NCBI GenBank assembly: GCA_964187785.1
Contig: OZ076412.1
Span: 17,980,001 to 18,044,000, forward strand
DNA length: 64,000 nt
DNA from: Amphiscolops sp. MND2022
Taxonomy: Eukaryota
Reading direction: 5' to 3'
Shown here: positions 25,794 through 38,680 of the stretch, one piece after another
Position numbering within the stretch: the first letter of the stretch is position 1
Layout: the number at the start of each line of letters is the position of its first letter
Translations under genes and position numbers: made by a program
The notes under the pieces: model-generated
What the model was told of the DNA's origin: nothing
Seen by the model: only the letters and a program-made list of their open reading frames with translations
The model's database searches: none

Positions 25794-26200
25794 GAGCCTT
25801 GCGCAAATTAGTTCGATCACTCTGTCAAATTAGCTCTTGGCTTCAATAAAAACGGATTTGAAACAAAATTTATATTTAAACTGAAAATAAAACAAACTAC
25901 AGGAATCAAGGATTGGCTCAGTATCCTATAGGGTATCCACGAGATGGCAAAACACTCTCTACTCGTCTTGGAAGAGATTCAAACAGTTTTTGAAAAAAAC
26001 TGTCCGGAATTTCATTAATGTCCTTCTCAGTTTTTTCCCAGACATCATCCAGTGTTGCACATCGATACCGCTCCAGGCGTTGTTTAAGAACTCCCCAGGA
26101 GTTTTCAATAATGTTCGGCGTGAAACCAAAACGTGGAAAAATTAAATTAAACATAGTGTGTGAAAATAGACCAATGATCGAACTAATATGCACAAGGCTG
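25794..26200 (-). mobile_element. 407-bp internally deleted Tc1-like transposon retaining the transposase C-terminus (25918-about 26130)
   Basis: 26-bp imperfect TIRs TA|GAGCCTTGCGCAAATTAGTTCGATCA / TGATCGAACTAATATGCACAAGGCTG|TA. NIIENSWGVLK...LFESLPRRVESV..SRGYPIGY matches the Tc1 C-terminus. Confidence 0.88.
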
Positions 26201-26559
26201 TATCTTACATTTTTAATACCAAGTCAAAATAGAAAGTCCAACAATTATCTTAGCCTCGAAAGTGTTTTCATTGTAACCTTGAAGTTTAGCAGGCACCCAA
26301 AATCAATAGATGATTTTTTCGCACGATTTTGATGAAGCGTCAACCCGGTAACCCAACGAAAACTAGGTTTTGATTCGAGAAAGTTTATACATGTCATAAG
26401 TAATGCAACATACTTGTTCTTGCTTCACTGGCTGTAGGGGATTCTAGCAAAATGTTTTTTTAGTCGGTGCCTTTTCCCTTAAGGAAAAACGCCCGACGAT
26501 TACAGTGGGTTGTTTATTTCAGTTGACAATCTCACTCTGAATGGTCCACGTTTCTTACA

Positions 26560-26983
26560 ATTCTTAAAATCTTACAATCTAAAATTCTTACTTGGCAAAC
26601 TTACAAATAATGGCGCAAAAGCTTCCCGGAGGAAAACGGGACCCTTAGAGTATTTTCGGCTTTGGGAGACTTTAAAAAAAAATTTCCCCAAACGGTCCCC
26701 CCTTTCAACTTGTTTGGAATTATCCGACAAAACTAATGTTGAAAATCCCAAAGGGTCCCCCTTTCAGTTTTTTTTGGCATTGTGAGACTTTTTTTCAAAT
26801 TTTTGTTCACCAAAAGTGCACTTTCAATTTTTTTATTATGTGTCCCCTCAAAGTGTGGTGCGCCAATTCGGTTGAACTTTTGGGTTTTCGGGTACCGTAG
26901 AAGAGAATACTTTGACACTTTGAAGTCCTTTTGCTATTTTTGAGCCTTAGATATGGCGCCGACTTGGGCCGTTCCCGGCTTGT
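26560..26983 (+). mobile_element. Helitron-like family copy
   Basis: Ends GATATGGCGCCGACTTGGGCCGTTCCCGGCTTGT; the inner boundary is approximate. Confidence 0.55.
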
Positions 26984-28479
26984 TTCTTTTTAGTCAACTT
27001 ATGCTGTTATGTATTCCTTTCCATCATTTTGTGGACCAAAATTTCAATGCAAACTATGTCGACATAATCGTATTTGAACCTTGTTTCTTGAAATAAGAAA
27101 CATGGTCCTTTTTTCTTTGATCAATTGCTCGATTGACTCTTTCTTGAGAAGATTCCTGCTAAAAATTGAAAACCGTGAAGAGACATGATTTTAATAACCA
27201 TCTTTTGTGCGTATTAATCGTTGGAAAAGATAATTTTTCAGAATATTCTTTCTATTAATTTTTTGAGCTTGAAAAATACTTGCTAAATTTTTGTTTTGAT
27301 TGAAAACTGACCTAACTTGAAAGCCCTTCATGAAATTGCAGGAACTTCTTCATTGTCTCTTTCTGCAGCTAACTGCTGACTTCATAAAAATTCGTGCTTT
27401 TGAAAAGAGGAAAAATAGAATTACTATGAGGAGTCTTATAGTATTGGTAAATATTCAACTCACTAAACAGAATGTCAGTTCCTGTGATTGATGAGTGTAA
27501 TGCTCAGTTGAAAAGACGAATTTTGCAAAAAACAGTCTTTCATCAGCCTTATGAGTGATTACGTTTCCCAGCTTTGTTTGCCTTTGAGGTCGCGAAGTGT
27601 GAATTTGAACAATAGCTGTCTCCACCGAGAGTTCGTTCTTGTTTTTAGTCGGTGCATTTTGAAAGGATTTCTCAATTTCCACTCAATAGCTCCATTTCCT
27701 GAACGCAAGGATATCGGAGGATAACGTAAAATAACAGCGCAGTGAGCATGAACGACGGACTATTCAAAAAGTTCAGAGCCCTATTCGAAAATACGATGAT
27801 GCTGATTCCTATTTCACGTTCAACTCAGGTTGTCAGAACATACTCACCATACTATGATCACAGTAAAATCATACTATGATCATCGTCATTTCACACTACG
27901 ACCATCATGTTTCATATCATGAACATAGTATGAAAAAATGTTTCAAGAGAAAAACGTGGTAAGAATGTCGGACATGACAGTCACCTGCACATAGTTCACA
28001 GAAATTGCTTGCCGAAATCTTTATGTTGTGTTTTTAGTACTCTTTAGACGCCCCTAGTGATTTTGGCACAAAAATGGAAAGTTTGGCAAGACGGCGAAGA
28101 GTATCTAAATTATACATAATTTCGCCTCTAAATTGAGAAAATATCTAAAATTTGGCAAAATGCAAAATAGATGCTAAACCATGGTATCAACTGTTGAAAT
28201 ATCAGAAATCTAAAACCTGGGTCATTTTAATGGAAAGATGAAACGAATAAAACCCGATTATCATCTAAAATAATCGCTTTTTCCATCTTGAACTCCTGAA
28301 GAAGTTGGTTCCCAATATCCCAAAACAATCCTACCTATCTAGCGGCTTCAGGAAACGCGGTGCCGAAAAACGTCCTTACTGCAACTCGGGTCATTAAGGT
28401 AAGCCTAGATCTTCCACAACCAAAGAACAAGCAAATGAGTCAATTTTTGATGTGTTTCAAATTTTTTCGCTCGGGGGAG

Positions 28480-28613
28480 AATTTCCAACATGGTCACTCA
28501 TACTATGACCATTATCGTTGCCATGCTAGTCATAATGTGACCCTCTTATGATAATCATTTTCCACCATGATCATACTATGGCATAGTATGATTCACCATT
28601 TCTGAGTGTTGGG
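28480..28613. mobile_element. CATACTATGA-rich MITE-like segment; related segment at 27840-27930
   Basis: Repeated CATACTATGA/TCATAGTATG motifs at both loci. Confidence 0.4.
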
Positions 28614-29191
28614 CTCAACATGGGAAGTATAAAATAGAAGATATAAGTGTAAGAGCCACGTCCCGTGGTGTCTCTCAGATCACCTACGGACCGTGAGTCC
28701 TTTTTCAATATCTTAGTTCTTAAGCCAGATGAGTCATTCCTATCCTCCTGACTACTAGGGGACGTACTGGCCTCAGTGTCCCTGTTCCCTGAAGACGACA
28801 TTGAACTCACAATGTTTTGTATTTCTGGTAACACCTTCTCTGTTATTGCGGTACTGACTGCTCTATTTATTTGGCTATGTACCATGGCCATCATAGAATC
28901 CATTTCTTGAGACAACCTAAGATTAAATTCATTTGAAAAGGTTTCAAAGGATTGTCTTATGTCATATCGACCATGAGGCTCATTTCCTTGAATGAAATCT
29001 CCAAGATCGTTTCTTGAGTGATTACCAATTCCTATATCACCATGAATGGAAGATTGGTCTATTACATCTGCTAACTCTCTTTCCAAAGGATTTTCACTCC
29101 CTATCATCACGTCTAAATTATCCATATCGGACAACATGTCCATCTCTTTGGATTTTCTAGCTTTCGCTTTCTGTCTTCTTGTGGAAGGCAT
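28571..29191 (-). CDS. LTR-encoded gag-like ORF N-terminus (about 181 codons inside the LTR, reading out into the flank)
   Basis: Uninterrupted 206-aa ATG ORF MPSTRRQKAKARKS.... It is homologous in style to the relic at 35687 (TRKQK..SDVMSDLE..SQI..AI.E..LP.IQN). Confidence 0.7.
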   Translation of the reverse strand: MPSTRRQKAKARKSKEMDMLSDMDNLDVMIGSENPLERELADVIDQSSIHGDIGIGNHSRNDLGDFIQGNEPHGRYDIRQSFETFSNEFNLRLSQEMDSMMAMVHSQINRAVSTAITEKVLPEIQNIVSSMSSSGNRDTEASTSPSSQEDRNDSSGLRTKILKKDSRSVGDLRDTTGRGSYTYIFYFILPMLSPTLRNGESYYAIV

Positions 29192-30281
29192 AAGAGTTTA
29201 TTGCAAGAGGTAAGAATTTAAATTAAGTTCTCAGGCTTGCAAACAGAGTATGTTGAAACGATTTTAACAAATTTGAGTATTACGGTATCGAGGAAATTGA
29301 AAAAGTTCTTGGGACCTAGGGTCCACGGTATATATACTCAGGTTTACATGACTTGCAAAATAATGAGGGTCACGTTCTAAAAATAGCCTTCACAACTATC
29401 TAAAAATAGCACCTACTATTTATAGCCATGAAGGCGGCATGACGAAAGGGTCACTTCAAAAGGGGTGATTTTATTCAAGCGCCTTCAACAATTCCATATA
29501 TAGAAGGATTGTAGGTCCAAGCATCCCTCAAGGCCTTTCGTATGTAAGGTTAAGCAACATTTCATGCAATTGCATTTGATCAACTATAATTTACATGTAC
29601 CAACTCATTAATCTAAGTATTCATGTAAATTATTAATATCTAGCATCAAATGGTACAAATGGTTCAGTAATCTTCATCAAAACGAGTATTTATTAGAAAC
29701 ACCAATCATAGCCTTTATTTACCACTGTAAATTGCACTTTACTTCAATTTGGACTCAGTGTCCATTTACCGTAAATAGGCAGCAAGTTACTGCTAGCTGA
29801 CGGCGCGTGGCCTTTGAGTCCTTTAATTTAGAGTACTGCGCACAGTGAATGAAATGAATGGCGTGTTCTGATTGGCTAAGAATTTGAACGGACTGCGTGT
29901 CCAGCGAGACAGGAAAGGAAACATTTGAACTCGTTTCCTTTGCCTGTACGCCTTGGTGTCCAATTTCTTAGCTAATACATTTAAACATACATTATTTACA
30001 TGCATCAATATATCAAAATCAACTTCAAAGTTTTCAAATAACCAAATGGTATTTCCGATTACTAATTTGCACAAGATTATATATATAAGGCTGTCAAAAC
30101 TGAAAACAGAATAACAGACATGCCATAAAATATTACAAATTCAGTTTGAAGTTTTTGTCCCGTCATGACAATGGGACGCATGGTCCTTTCTTCTAATTTA
30201 TTGTTAGAGTACCTGGGAGGGCGCGAAAACAGCTGTAATTGATGGTGTAAAAGTTCCCATCGCAGGCGGGAGCCTGCGACA
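28648..30281 (-). mobile_element. Solo LTR, 1634 bp, with 5-bp TSD ATAAG
   Basis: Minus strand TGTCGC...TCTTACA; ATAAG at 28643-28647 and 30282-30286; CTATAAATAG at 29416-29425; CCAAT box at about 29866. Confidence 0.9.
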
Positions 30282-30652
30282 ATAAGAAGGAAGGTTAGTA
30301 ATGTTTCACCTTGGAAGTTAGGAAATCTTCAGTTTAATTTCCTCAAAAAAATATTAACAGTTTCGAGGAATATGAGGAAGCAGAGTTAATGGGACAGTGG
30401 CACCGCCATGTTTTTTTGAAAACCCTGCTAATACGGCTTTAGAAAAAATCAGACTTATTCCCAAAAAAGTACACTGAACTTCAGAAAGTCTACAGATCTG
30501 AAAACTAGTTCATGCACTTCTGTATACAGAGTTCTAAAATGACGATTCTAAAAAAGTGTCTTTGTCTTCGTCCGCACAAGATCCAATAAAATTCGAGAAC
30601 CATGTTAAAATTTTATCGTTACCATTTTATCGTTACATGTGTTGTTACAGAA

Positions 30653-30755
30653 AATGGTAAAATTAATATGCCAATTGAAAAATACAAAAATTTACACTGG
30701 TTATTACCAGTGTAAATTTTTGTATTTTTCAATTAACATATTAAATTTTACCATT
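30653..30755. repeat. ~103-bp AT-rich palindrome followed by ACCATCTTA-type microsatellite (30756-30815)
   Basis: Arms pair around a TATT loop (30702-30705). Confidence 0.85.
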
Positions 30756-30815
30756 AACCATGTTTTACCATCTTAACCATGTAACCATCTTAACCATCTT
30801 AACCAAACCATCTTA

Positions 30816-31002
30816 CCCAGGTTGTCTGTCATGGCTCGTTCATGAAAAATCATTCATGATCATGGATTGTTCGACGCATTACTCCTACTTTCATGGAAAA
30901 TCATGGATGACCTATGGCAGGGCATGGCCCCATGGATCATCATCCATGATTTTGACCCATGATTCATCCATGATGAGCCATGTTGAAAATTTCGTTCAAA
31001 GT
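30816..31002 (+). mobile_element. CATG-rich dispersed repeat, homologous to part of the satellite monomer
   Basis: TA|CCCAGGTTGTCTGTCATGG...GCCATGTTGAAAATTTCGTTCAAAG aligns with 56408-56582 and later monomers. Confidence 0.85.
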
Positions 31003-33025
31003 TCAATAGAGTCGAACACCGAAGACTTTCTTGAAATAAGGTAAGAAAATCAAGCGTCTAGAAATGGATTTAGTTCTTTTTTCATTGTAACTTACGTTGT
31101 ATCAGGAAACGGTATCATTATTATTCAAATTGAAAAATGGAAGAATACGACACTGTTATGATTCAAACCCAAACCTATTCTTGGTGTTACCCAAAACAAC
31201 TCTGCTTCCAGATATGACCAACAAAAGTAAAGATCTCCTAGTGGAAAGAATAATTCTTTGGTGAAAATCGAAGAGTACTGAAAAAAAGTTGAAAACAAAA
31301 AAGGTTAAAAGAGGTCCTCCTACAACCTGTATGAATATTAAATTCGCACGGTGCCAAAGTCGCACGGTGACAAAAAATTGCTTAGCAGACCCAAAAAAGT
31401 TTTTGATCAAAAACGTCAAGAGTCCTCCTCAAGAACGAATTCTCAAAAATTTTGCCTACTGCCGGAAATTCCCAGATTGTCTCCACCAGTCTTTTATTTG
31501 AGTTTAGTTTCTGAAAAAAAACGAAGCGGGTCGTTCGTTATCCTGAGTGCACTTGGGGTCCCTAAAGCTTCAGCCGAAAATGGCAAAACCATGAATTATT
31601 TTTTTTTGTTAGTCAATTAGGAAAACGTTTAACCTAAATTGCAGGTCAACTTTTGACGTCAAGATCAAATCATATTGAAGTTCCAAAGTTCAGATTTCTA
31701 CTATATCAACATTTTTTCACATATTGCGCTTTTTCACCCTCGGTGACCTAGATGGTTTCCCACGTTATTTTTTTCCCTTTCAACATAATCTCACTCATGT
31801 ACCAATTGATTGAATGCAAGTGCATCTAGTTAGAAGCAATGCTATGGTACATTCTTCAACTGTCACTTTTCTGAAGTTTAATCTTTCATCAATACCCCTA
31901 CTTTGGCAAAGACAACATCACTTTTACTGTCTCTAGCCATCTAAGCTCAGTTCGATTCTCAACGACGTTACTTGTATTCGATCATCGAGAAAACGAAACC
32001 CTTGTTGAAATTGCTTGAACTGTAAGCATGCACTTTGATACTGGCAGCAACTTCTTTAAGGTTTTCTTAATTTCTCTCTGAAACTTTTATGCAAAAAGTA
32101 CAATCTGTTGTATTCGACATTTATCAAGTTGCTTGAGAAATTCGTCGAAGGTTTGACGGCAATTTTAAGCCTTGAAGTTTTACAAATTTCACTTAGAGTA
32201 AGTGCTAATATTAAATTCAAAAGTTGCTATCAGCAATACTGCATTTCTAGCTGTTATTACGTAAATGCCAGGAGGAATTTGTTCAAAGGTTATCCTCAAT
32301 TCATTTGCCAGCCTTTTTCGCAGTGGCATTGAAATTTTTTGTTCAATTCGACTAATTCGTCTGCCCAAAAATCAGACACGTTTTTTTTATTCTTTGACAA
32401 GAAAAATATAGTATACTTTCCATAGTCGAGATTGCTTGATTTTTTTACATACTGCATGGGCATAAAAAATGGAAAATTCAGGGAGCATACATGGAAACAT
32501 TTTGTGGATTACAATGCAGTTTCCACTATTTCAATTGAAACTGAAAACTTTTCCACTTCTTCGCCGGCGCGATCACTTTGTTTTCACGCGTAAGTTTCTC
32601 AAGTGAGTACCTTATGTAATCACCGTTAGTCAGACAGTACGCTGAATATGACGCTACTTTGAAACTTACCATGTGCCTGAAGTTTTTTTTGAAAACGCGG
32701 TAAAATTGATGAAGGTCTCAACTGCTTTCAAAGCTAGAACTGCGTCTTAATGAAACCTGCACAACTTTGCGGCTCAGAATTTTCGCCAAATTTGGGATGC
32801 ATCTTATGGTGTCTGGTCACAAGTCAGAAAGAATAAAACTTTTTCTGGTCCGATAAGATTTCAGAAATCCCAGCGTCGTTCAAAGGTAGTTATCTTCACT
32901 CGTCCAATTTGATTGGCTCACGGGGTTGAACCGGAGCGAAGTCAGTTCAAAAATGTAAAAAAATGAATTTTTCAATTTCCCCTATTCAGCTATGTTCATA
33001 TACCGCTAGTGCCCTAAATGCAGGA

Positions 33026-33196
33026 GCGAAGCGAAGCGGAGCGATGTGCCATATGGCCAGGCCTCAATGTTGCTACTTGGCGAAGGGTGCGAAGCGACCG
33101 AGTTATACAACAAATATGAAAAGTATTTTCTCCGACTTGTGCAACCCAAATTATATTTCGGACTTGTGCAACCTAAATATTTTTTCGGACTTGTGA
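33026..33196. repeat. GCGAAGC motif cluster plus 27-bp tandem repeat x3
   Basis: GCGAAGC at 33026, 33031 and 33089; GACTTGTG at 33134, 33161 and 33188. Confidence 0.7.
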
Positions 33197-34752
33197 ATAG
33201 CCGCATCTTATAGGTAGCTTGATAAATTTAAGCTGAATCAGTGAAGTTTTAATGCATGGACGTTTCCTTTTGAATTTTATAAAATCAAGAAAAATTAGCT
33301 TGGTAATATATACAAAAACTTGTAAAAAGTTCAAGCAGGTCCAACCAGGATTGGAACTAAACACGTCCCTACAGACGTTCAACTTGATTTCAACTATGGC
33401 AATTTTAATGAAACTATTTCTTTTGCATTATAAATGCATACTTGTCCAAAAATATTGACTTATTTGTACGAATACAATCTAACTTTTATTTTACCTGCGA
33501 ATTTCCTGGCTATAGATATATATTTTTATCTACATGGCGGATAAAAAAGATATGTGGGGTCACTTTTTTAAATTGAAAAGACAGAGCACCGTTTTGTAAG
33601 TAAGGAGAAGGGGGCTTGTTTGATCTACATATTTGTCATGGTGACACAATTGTCACGTGCTTTCACTGTTTGTAAATATAGCATCAAAAAAACGTATATT
33701 AGACAATAAAAGCAACAATTTTCTCTATTTCTTTAGTTAGGTCTCAGAACTCAGTTATCTTACATGTTTCAACGCTTGGAGCCTAGATTTTAGATGTATT
33801 TTAGTGCATTTACCTTGATAGAGACTCATATTACTTTTTGAATTATACAAAACAGTTTTGTTTATAAGTTTCTGTTCGACCACATTGCTCTAGTTCGAAC
33901 GAGGGAGTCCGCAAAATATATGGCCAATTCTCTTTTTCTCTGATATCAATAATTTTTAGGACCTTCTCAAGGGAAATATTGTTCAATATATCAATAAATG
34001 ATAAAGACCCTGCTGACAGAAATAAATAATGGGCATAATTCCATTAGGGTGAACAATATCCAAATATTTAATATCAGTTTTGTGTATACATGGCATCCCA
34101 GAATTATTTATTTATTCGTGAAAACAATGCTGCTTCGTAACAGGTGTTGTCTGAGGCTACCAAATGTGAGCTTCGTTTTCTGAATAACCGCTCGCTTATA
34201 TTGGGTTGGTTGATAAATTCACCACTTTGGTTTACATACGATGCTCTTACTCCTTTTGCTCAGAAAACACTTCTTGAATAATTTTTACAACTGCATGAAA
34301 CAATTCCCAACCAGTGTTGGAGAAAAAATCTGATCCGGACTTCAAATGTTCATAATGAATCATTTAGAAAATTTTCCCACAAGATTATGGTTTACGGAGT
34401 CGTTGCTTCAGCTGTTCTTTTTCAGATACGCGTCGGAAAATTGAAGCACCATCACAAATATCTAGTTGCAAACCGATTAAATAATCTAAGGCTGAACCTA
34501 TGCTGGGTGACGCGTCCACTCAATTAAACGCGTTGTATAATGCTTTGATTTGACAGCGAAGTGGCCAAAATGATTAGCTGATTTCGTTATTTTGAAAAAG
34601 ATGCAACGCAACAGTTTCAACACAAAAATCCACGCAGCTACCTTTCGATTGTGTTGTATTCCTGTTGTATTGTGTTCACAGAAGATTATCAAAAAGTAAG
34701 ATTCAGACTCAATTGCAAATTTTTATCTATTTTGTATCTAGCGTAAAGTATC

Positions 34753-37260
34753 TGTCGCAGGCTGCCGCCTGCGACTAGAATTATTATCAAATCCCGCCCG
34801 AACACACTAAATTTAACCCCCCCCCGCCGCCTGGAGTTCTTCCTATTTAAACCATTGAGACTCAAGGTACACTTAGCTATACGCAAAATAGCCCCCATGT
34901 TATTTTCTATTTTAACCGTGCGGACCTGCAGTCCGTACGGCTAAAGTGAAAATATATTCTTTTACCTCACAGAGCTATTTTATTAGTATCTAATTGATTC
35001 TGTGCCTGTTTCACCAATGAATTATATTTGTTCAATGTAATGTTTAATGCAATCTGTTCGGAAACGTACAGTTAGAAGTGTTAAAAAGATTTAATAGCAT
35101 GCAATTGATTACAAGAAAGGAAACGAGTTCAAATGTACAATTACTGTAGCTACATATACACGGCGTCAGAATTGGAGCAACCAATCAGAATGCAGCTCAA
35201 ATGTATATTCTCTAGTCGGACGGACTCCGCGTCCGTCAGGGTGAAATCTCAATACTTATTGTTTACTATCATATTAACTACATGAAGTGTTGCTATGAGT
35301 TATATAAACATGCAAATAATATATTTAGATTTAGTAGAATGCTTTCATTAAACATCAGAACTTTCAGTCCATGGCGCATTTCCACTTGTTTCTTTTTGAA
35401 GCTAATTTTATAGAACAACGTCATCGTGATGTAACTATGATGTCAACCTGTCCCAAGACCCTTGGTGCTCTTTGAAGACATGACCTGCACAAATCTGCTT
35501 GTCACGCTAAATCGACTATAAATAGCAGTGAACTGTAGTTGGAGGGACCAGCATTTTGCTATACCTGCTACGAACAAGTTGATACAATATACCGGTTTGA
35601 CAAACTGTGTCTATTTCAATGAATATTCAGTCTACGTTTTGATTAAATTGTTGATAATTCACTTCTGGATTCAACCCCTTTCTCAAATGTATTTGACTAG
35701 AAAGCAGAAAGTGAGAGAAAAGCGATCTAAACAATCAGACGTGATGTCCGATTTAGAATATGTAGATACCATTATGGGAAGTTTTTCAAGGAACGATGAA
35801 GAAAATGAATGAATTGATAGTGAAATAAATTTGGACTCAGGTACCAACAGGCTACAGCTAAATTCTAACCTCATCGGATAGTTTAGGTGTTTACTTAACA
35901 CGAATAGTAGAAAAAACAGTAGAAAGACCATGGAGACAACTAGAATGGTTAGTGACGAAATCACGAATCAACACACGAGGAAACTAAATGAGATTAAATC
36001 TAGCTTGAATTCTCAGATTCAAGACCCAATAAGCACGGCCATTGCCGAGAATTTACTTCCCTCCATCCAAAATACACTAGATACGCAGCGGAGAGATATT
36101 TTCACCTTGCATTAGAGTGCACAGGTAAGCCTTATTTTCTCAAAGCGCAACATAGATTCCACGACCAGACCTTTAACCGTGCAAAATTGGCAAATTACGT
36201 CATTTGTCCCGGATTCCACGGATTTAGTCCTGGATTCCAGTAACAAATGCTTAGCTGTACGAACTGTCGGCATGCAGCGGTGTCCCGGATTCCACAAAAA
36301 CCTAAGTTTTCCGAAATGAACCAATCAGATTGGAGAAATCATAAATTTCCTGGATTCCACGACTTTATGCTTGACGCGATACGCGGCATCTCTTCTTGAA
36401 TTAAATTCAAGTGGAAGACTGAACAAACATAATATAATGCACTACTTTTCGTATATTAATTCAAAATGATTCAGAAAATCACACCAATATCACACAAAAT
36501 TTTTGTATTTTTCAGTTTGGTACCAGTTTTGAAGAAACTGCCAGATCATCACAATCTGCCACTTTTTAATGACATGCTTCAATTTTGGTACCAGTCACGA
36601 GTATCTCTATTCGTACTTCTTGGATTTTTCGTGTCAATCAAAACAATTTCCTTTGATATAAACTTGAATTAATTTAAGCTCTTCTGCCTTTCTAATAATG
36701 ATCATGCAAAATGAATATTATACTACACAAATATTCGTATTTTTCAGTTTAGTACCAGTTTTGAACAAACTGCCAGATCATCACAATCTGCCATTATTTG
36801 ATGACATGCTTTTATTTTGGTACCAGTCACGAGTATCTCTATTCGTACTTCTTGGATTTTTCGTGTCGATCAAAACAGTTTCCTTTGATATAAAATTGAA
36901 CTAATTTAAAATGATTACTAAAAATCAGCGGACCAATCAGAGAGCAGCGGCAAAAGTGTCATTATAGCAGCAGTATTGGCGTGGAATCCAGGACATGCTT
37001 AACATCAAAGAGAAATTTTGTCCTGGATTCCACGACTTTTCTCAATTTTCGTGCCCCGGATTCCACGAAAAGCAGCAAAAAGCTTGCCTGTGCACTGTAA
37101 TGTGATGGACCGAAGGTCCAGTGGGCTACAAGGTCCTCGAGCCGTAAGCTCCCAGAAAGTCTCGAAAAATTCCCCCAAATCGGGTTTTACACTGAAAAAT
37201 CAAGGACGTATGTCCAGGAGAGTTCAGTAGACTCTCAAACAAGCGTACAAAATCGCGACA
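34753..37260 (+). mobile_element. Solo LTR (about 1.52 kb net) interrupted by a MITE; carries a gag-like ORF relic from 35687
   Basis: TGTCGC...GCGACA; TSD GTATC/GTGTC (4/5); CCAAT box at about 35180; CTATAAATAG at 35516; the ORF resumes after the insertion (NVMDRRSSGLQG). Confidence 0.82.
36115..37097. mobile_element. 983-bp Tc1/mariner-type non-autonomous element with TA TSD
   Basis: TA|GAGTGCACAGGTAAGC...GCTTGCCTGTGCACTG|TA; about 8 GGATTCCAC-like motifs near the ends; internal ~233-bp tandem duplication at 36493-36910. Confidence 0.8.
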
Positions 37261-37264
37261 GTGT

Positions 37265-38600
37265 CTTGCATAGCAGCGATGTATTAATGCCATCTGCCAG
37301 CAGGTATATCGAACTAAACAAAGCAACGGAATAAGTTTAGTCATGTCCCTTTTCTTCACCCTTTTTTAATTGGTGGAGAATCAGTCAATGAGCCTCCACT
37401 GCTGTCCAGGTCGGTGTACTGTTCAATTTCTGGCTTCTCAGAAATTCCGTGAGTTGCTGAGGAGGAATCGCTTCTGTAATCTACGGCAGTGGTCATGCGT
37501 TCAACCTTTTCACGGTAATTCTTGTAATCGTTGTGGTTATTTGAAGCATCGAATCTCTGACAATCGGATTAGTGTTCGGTATTTTTTTGGCCGCTGTAGC
37601 TATTTTTTATTATTTCTGCGATAGCAGGAATTTTGTTGAAGCATGAATTATTCTTTTTTTTTCACTTCAACTTTCGTCGTGATTTCGAGTATCTACTAAA
37701 AAAATCAGATATTTTGTTCGTTCAGATCGTCGTGAAAAATTCAGATATTCGTTTCTCGTGCGATGGAACGAGCGAGTGGTAATTATGCATTGAGATGAAG
37801 CGAACGAGTGTTAATTATTCGTTCGCCGAGAGCTTCGGTTGCAATCAAATGCGAATGCGAAACTTCGCCTACGCTTAGTACTTATATTTTCTTTAGTCCA
37901 AGAAGAATTAAAGGCGGTGTAAACTGATAGAGTGATTAACTGTGCGCAATATACATGATCAAGATATGCTTCGATTATTGAACATGAAAGCCTAATAGCA
38001 GAAATAATACTGCGTCCCGCAGGGTCCTATTTTCAATTAATTCCGAATCTGATAATTTTCTTATGGGTTTGCATCCTCTTTGAACATGGCTAGTAAACAA
38101 TTTTTTTCTTATTCGAAACTCGGGTTGTGCTTGTTTCGCGTCTGCGATAGCTTGTTCTAGATCCGAGTCCGACAAATGATCAGTTACTATGGTTAGCGAT
38201 TCGGTGCTCTGGGCGGTTGTCTTTTGCTGGCATTGTCGCTTGGCCGGCGGAGCTGAATTTGACTTGTTTCCGATTAGGAGTGTCGTCTTTTGCCATTTGT
38301 GCAATTTTGTTTCACCGTGATAATTTCGGGATTTGGATTTCCGGCGTGTTTTGTGAGGGAAGTTCACTTGTGGATGGGCGTTTAGTGTTAATACAATTTC
38401 TTCTGAGGCGTTTGTTGTTACTTCTTTCTTCATAAATCGGCCGTCTGGTCCTCTCAGTCCAGTAACCCAACCCAATTAGTTAGTTCCTGTTCAAACCCAT
38501 GAATTGGTTTACTCATTAGCTTACGGTGTATGAAGCTATTACCGGACCTGGTAACAATGTTGTTTGGTTCCTAATATTGTTTGTTTTTGTTGATTAGAGT
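37265..38600 (-). mobile_element. Probable 3' fragment of another Gypsy-like element (post-integrase ORF, PPT, LTR start)
   Basis: 166-aa ORF remnant at 37975-38475; purine tract AAAAAAGGGTGAAGAAAAGGGA (37346-37367) immediately before a TG start. The family assignment is inference. Confidence 0.5.
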
Positions 38601-38680
38601 ATGGACTCATTTGTAAAAAAAGGACAAACTCAGCATTTTAAAAGAAAAGTTTAACACAAATTGATGCAAGAATTATATAT

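Noticed and set aside
31950-32350. Minus-strand TFEQIPPGIYVITARN, beta-sandwich-like
   Set aside because: Short, stop-bounded and unsupported.
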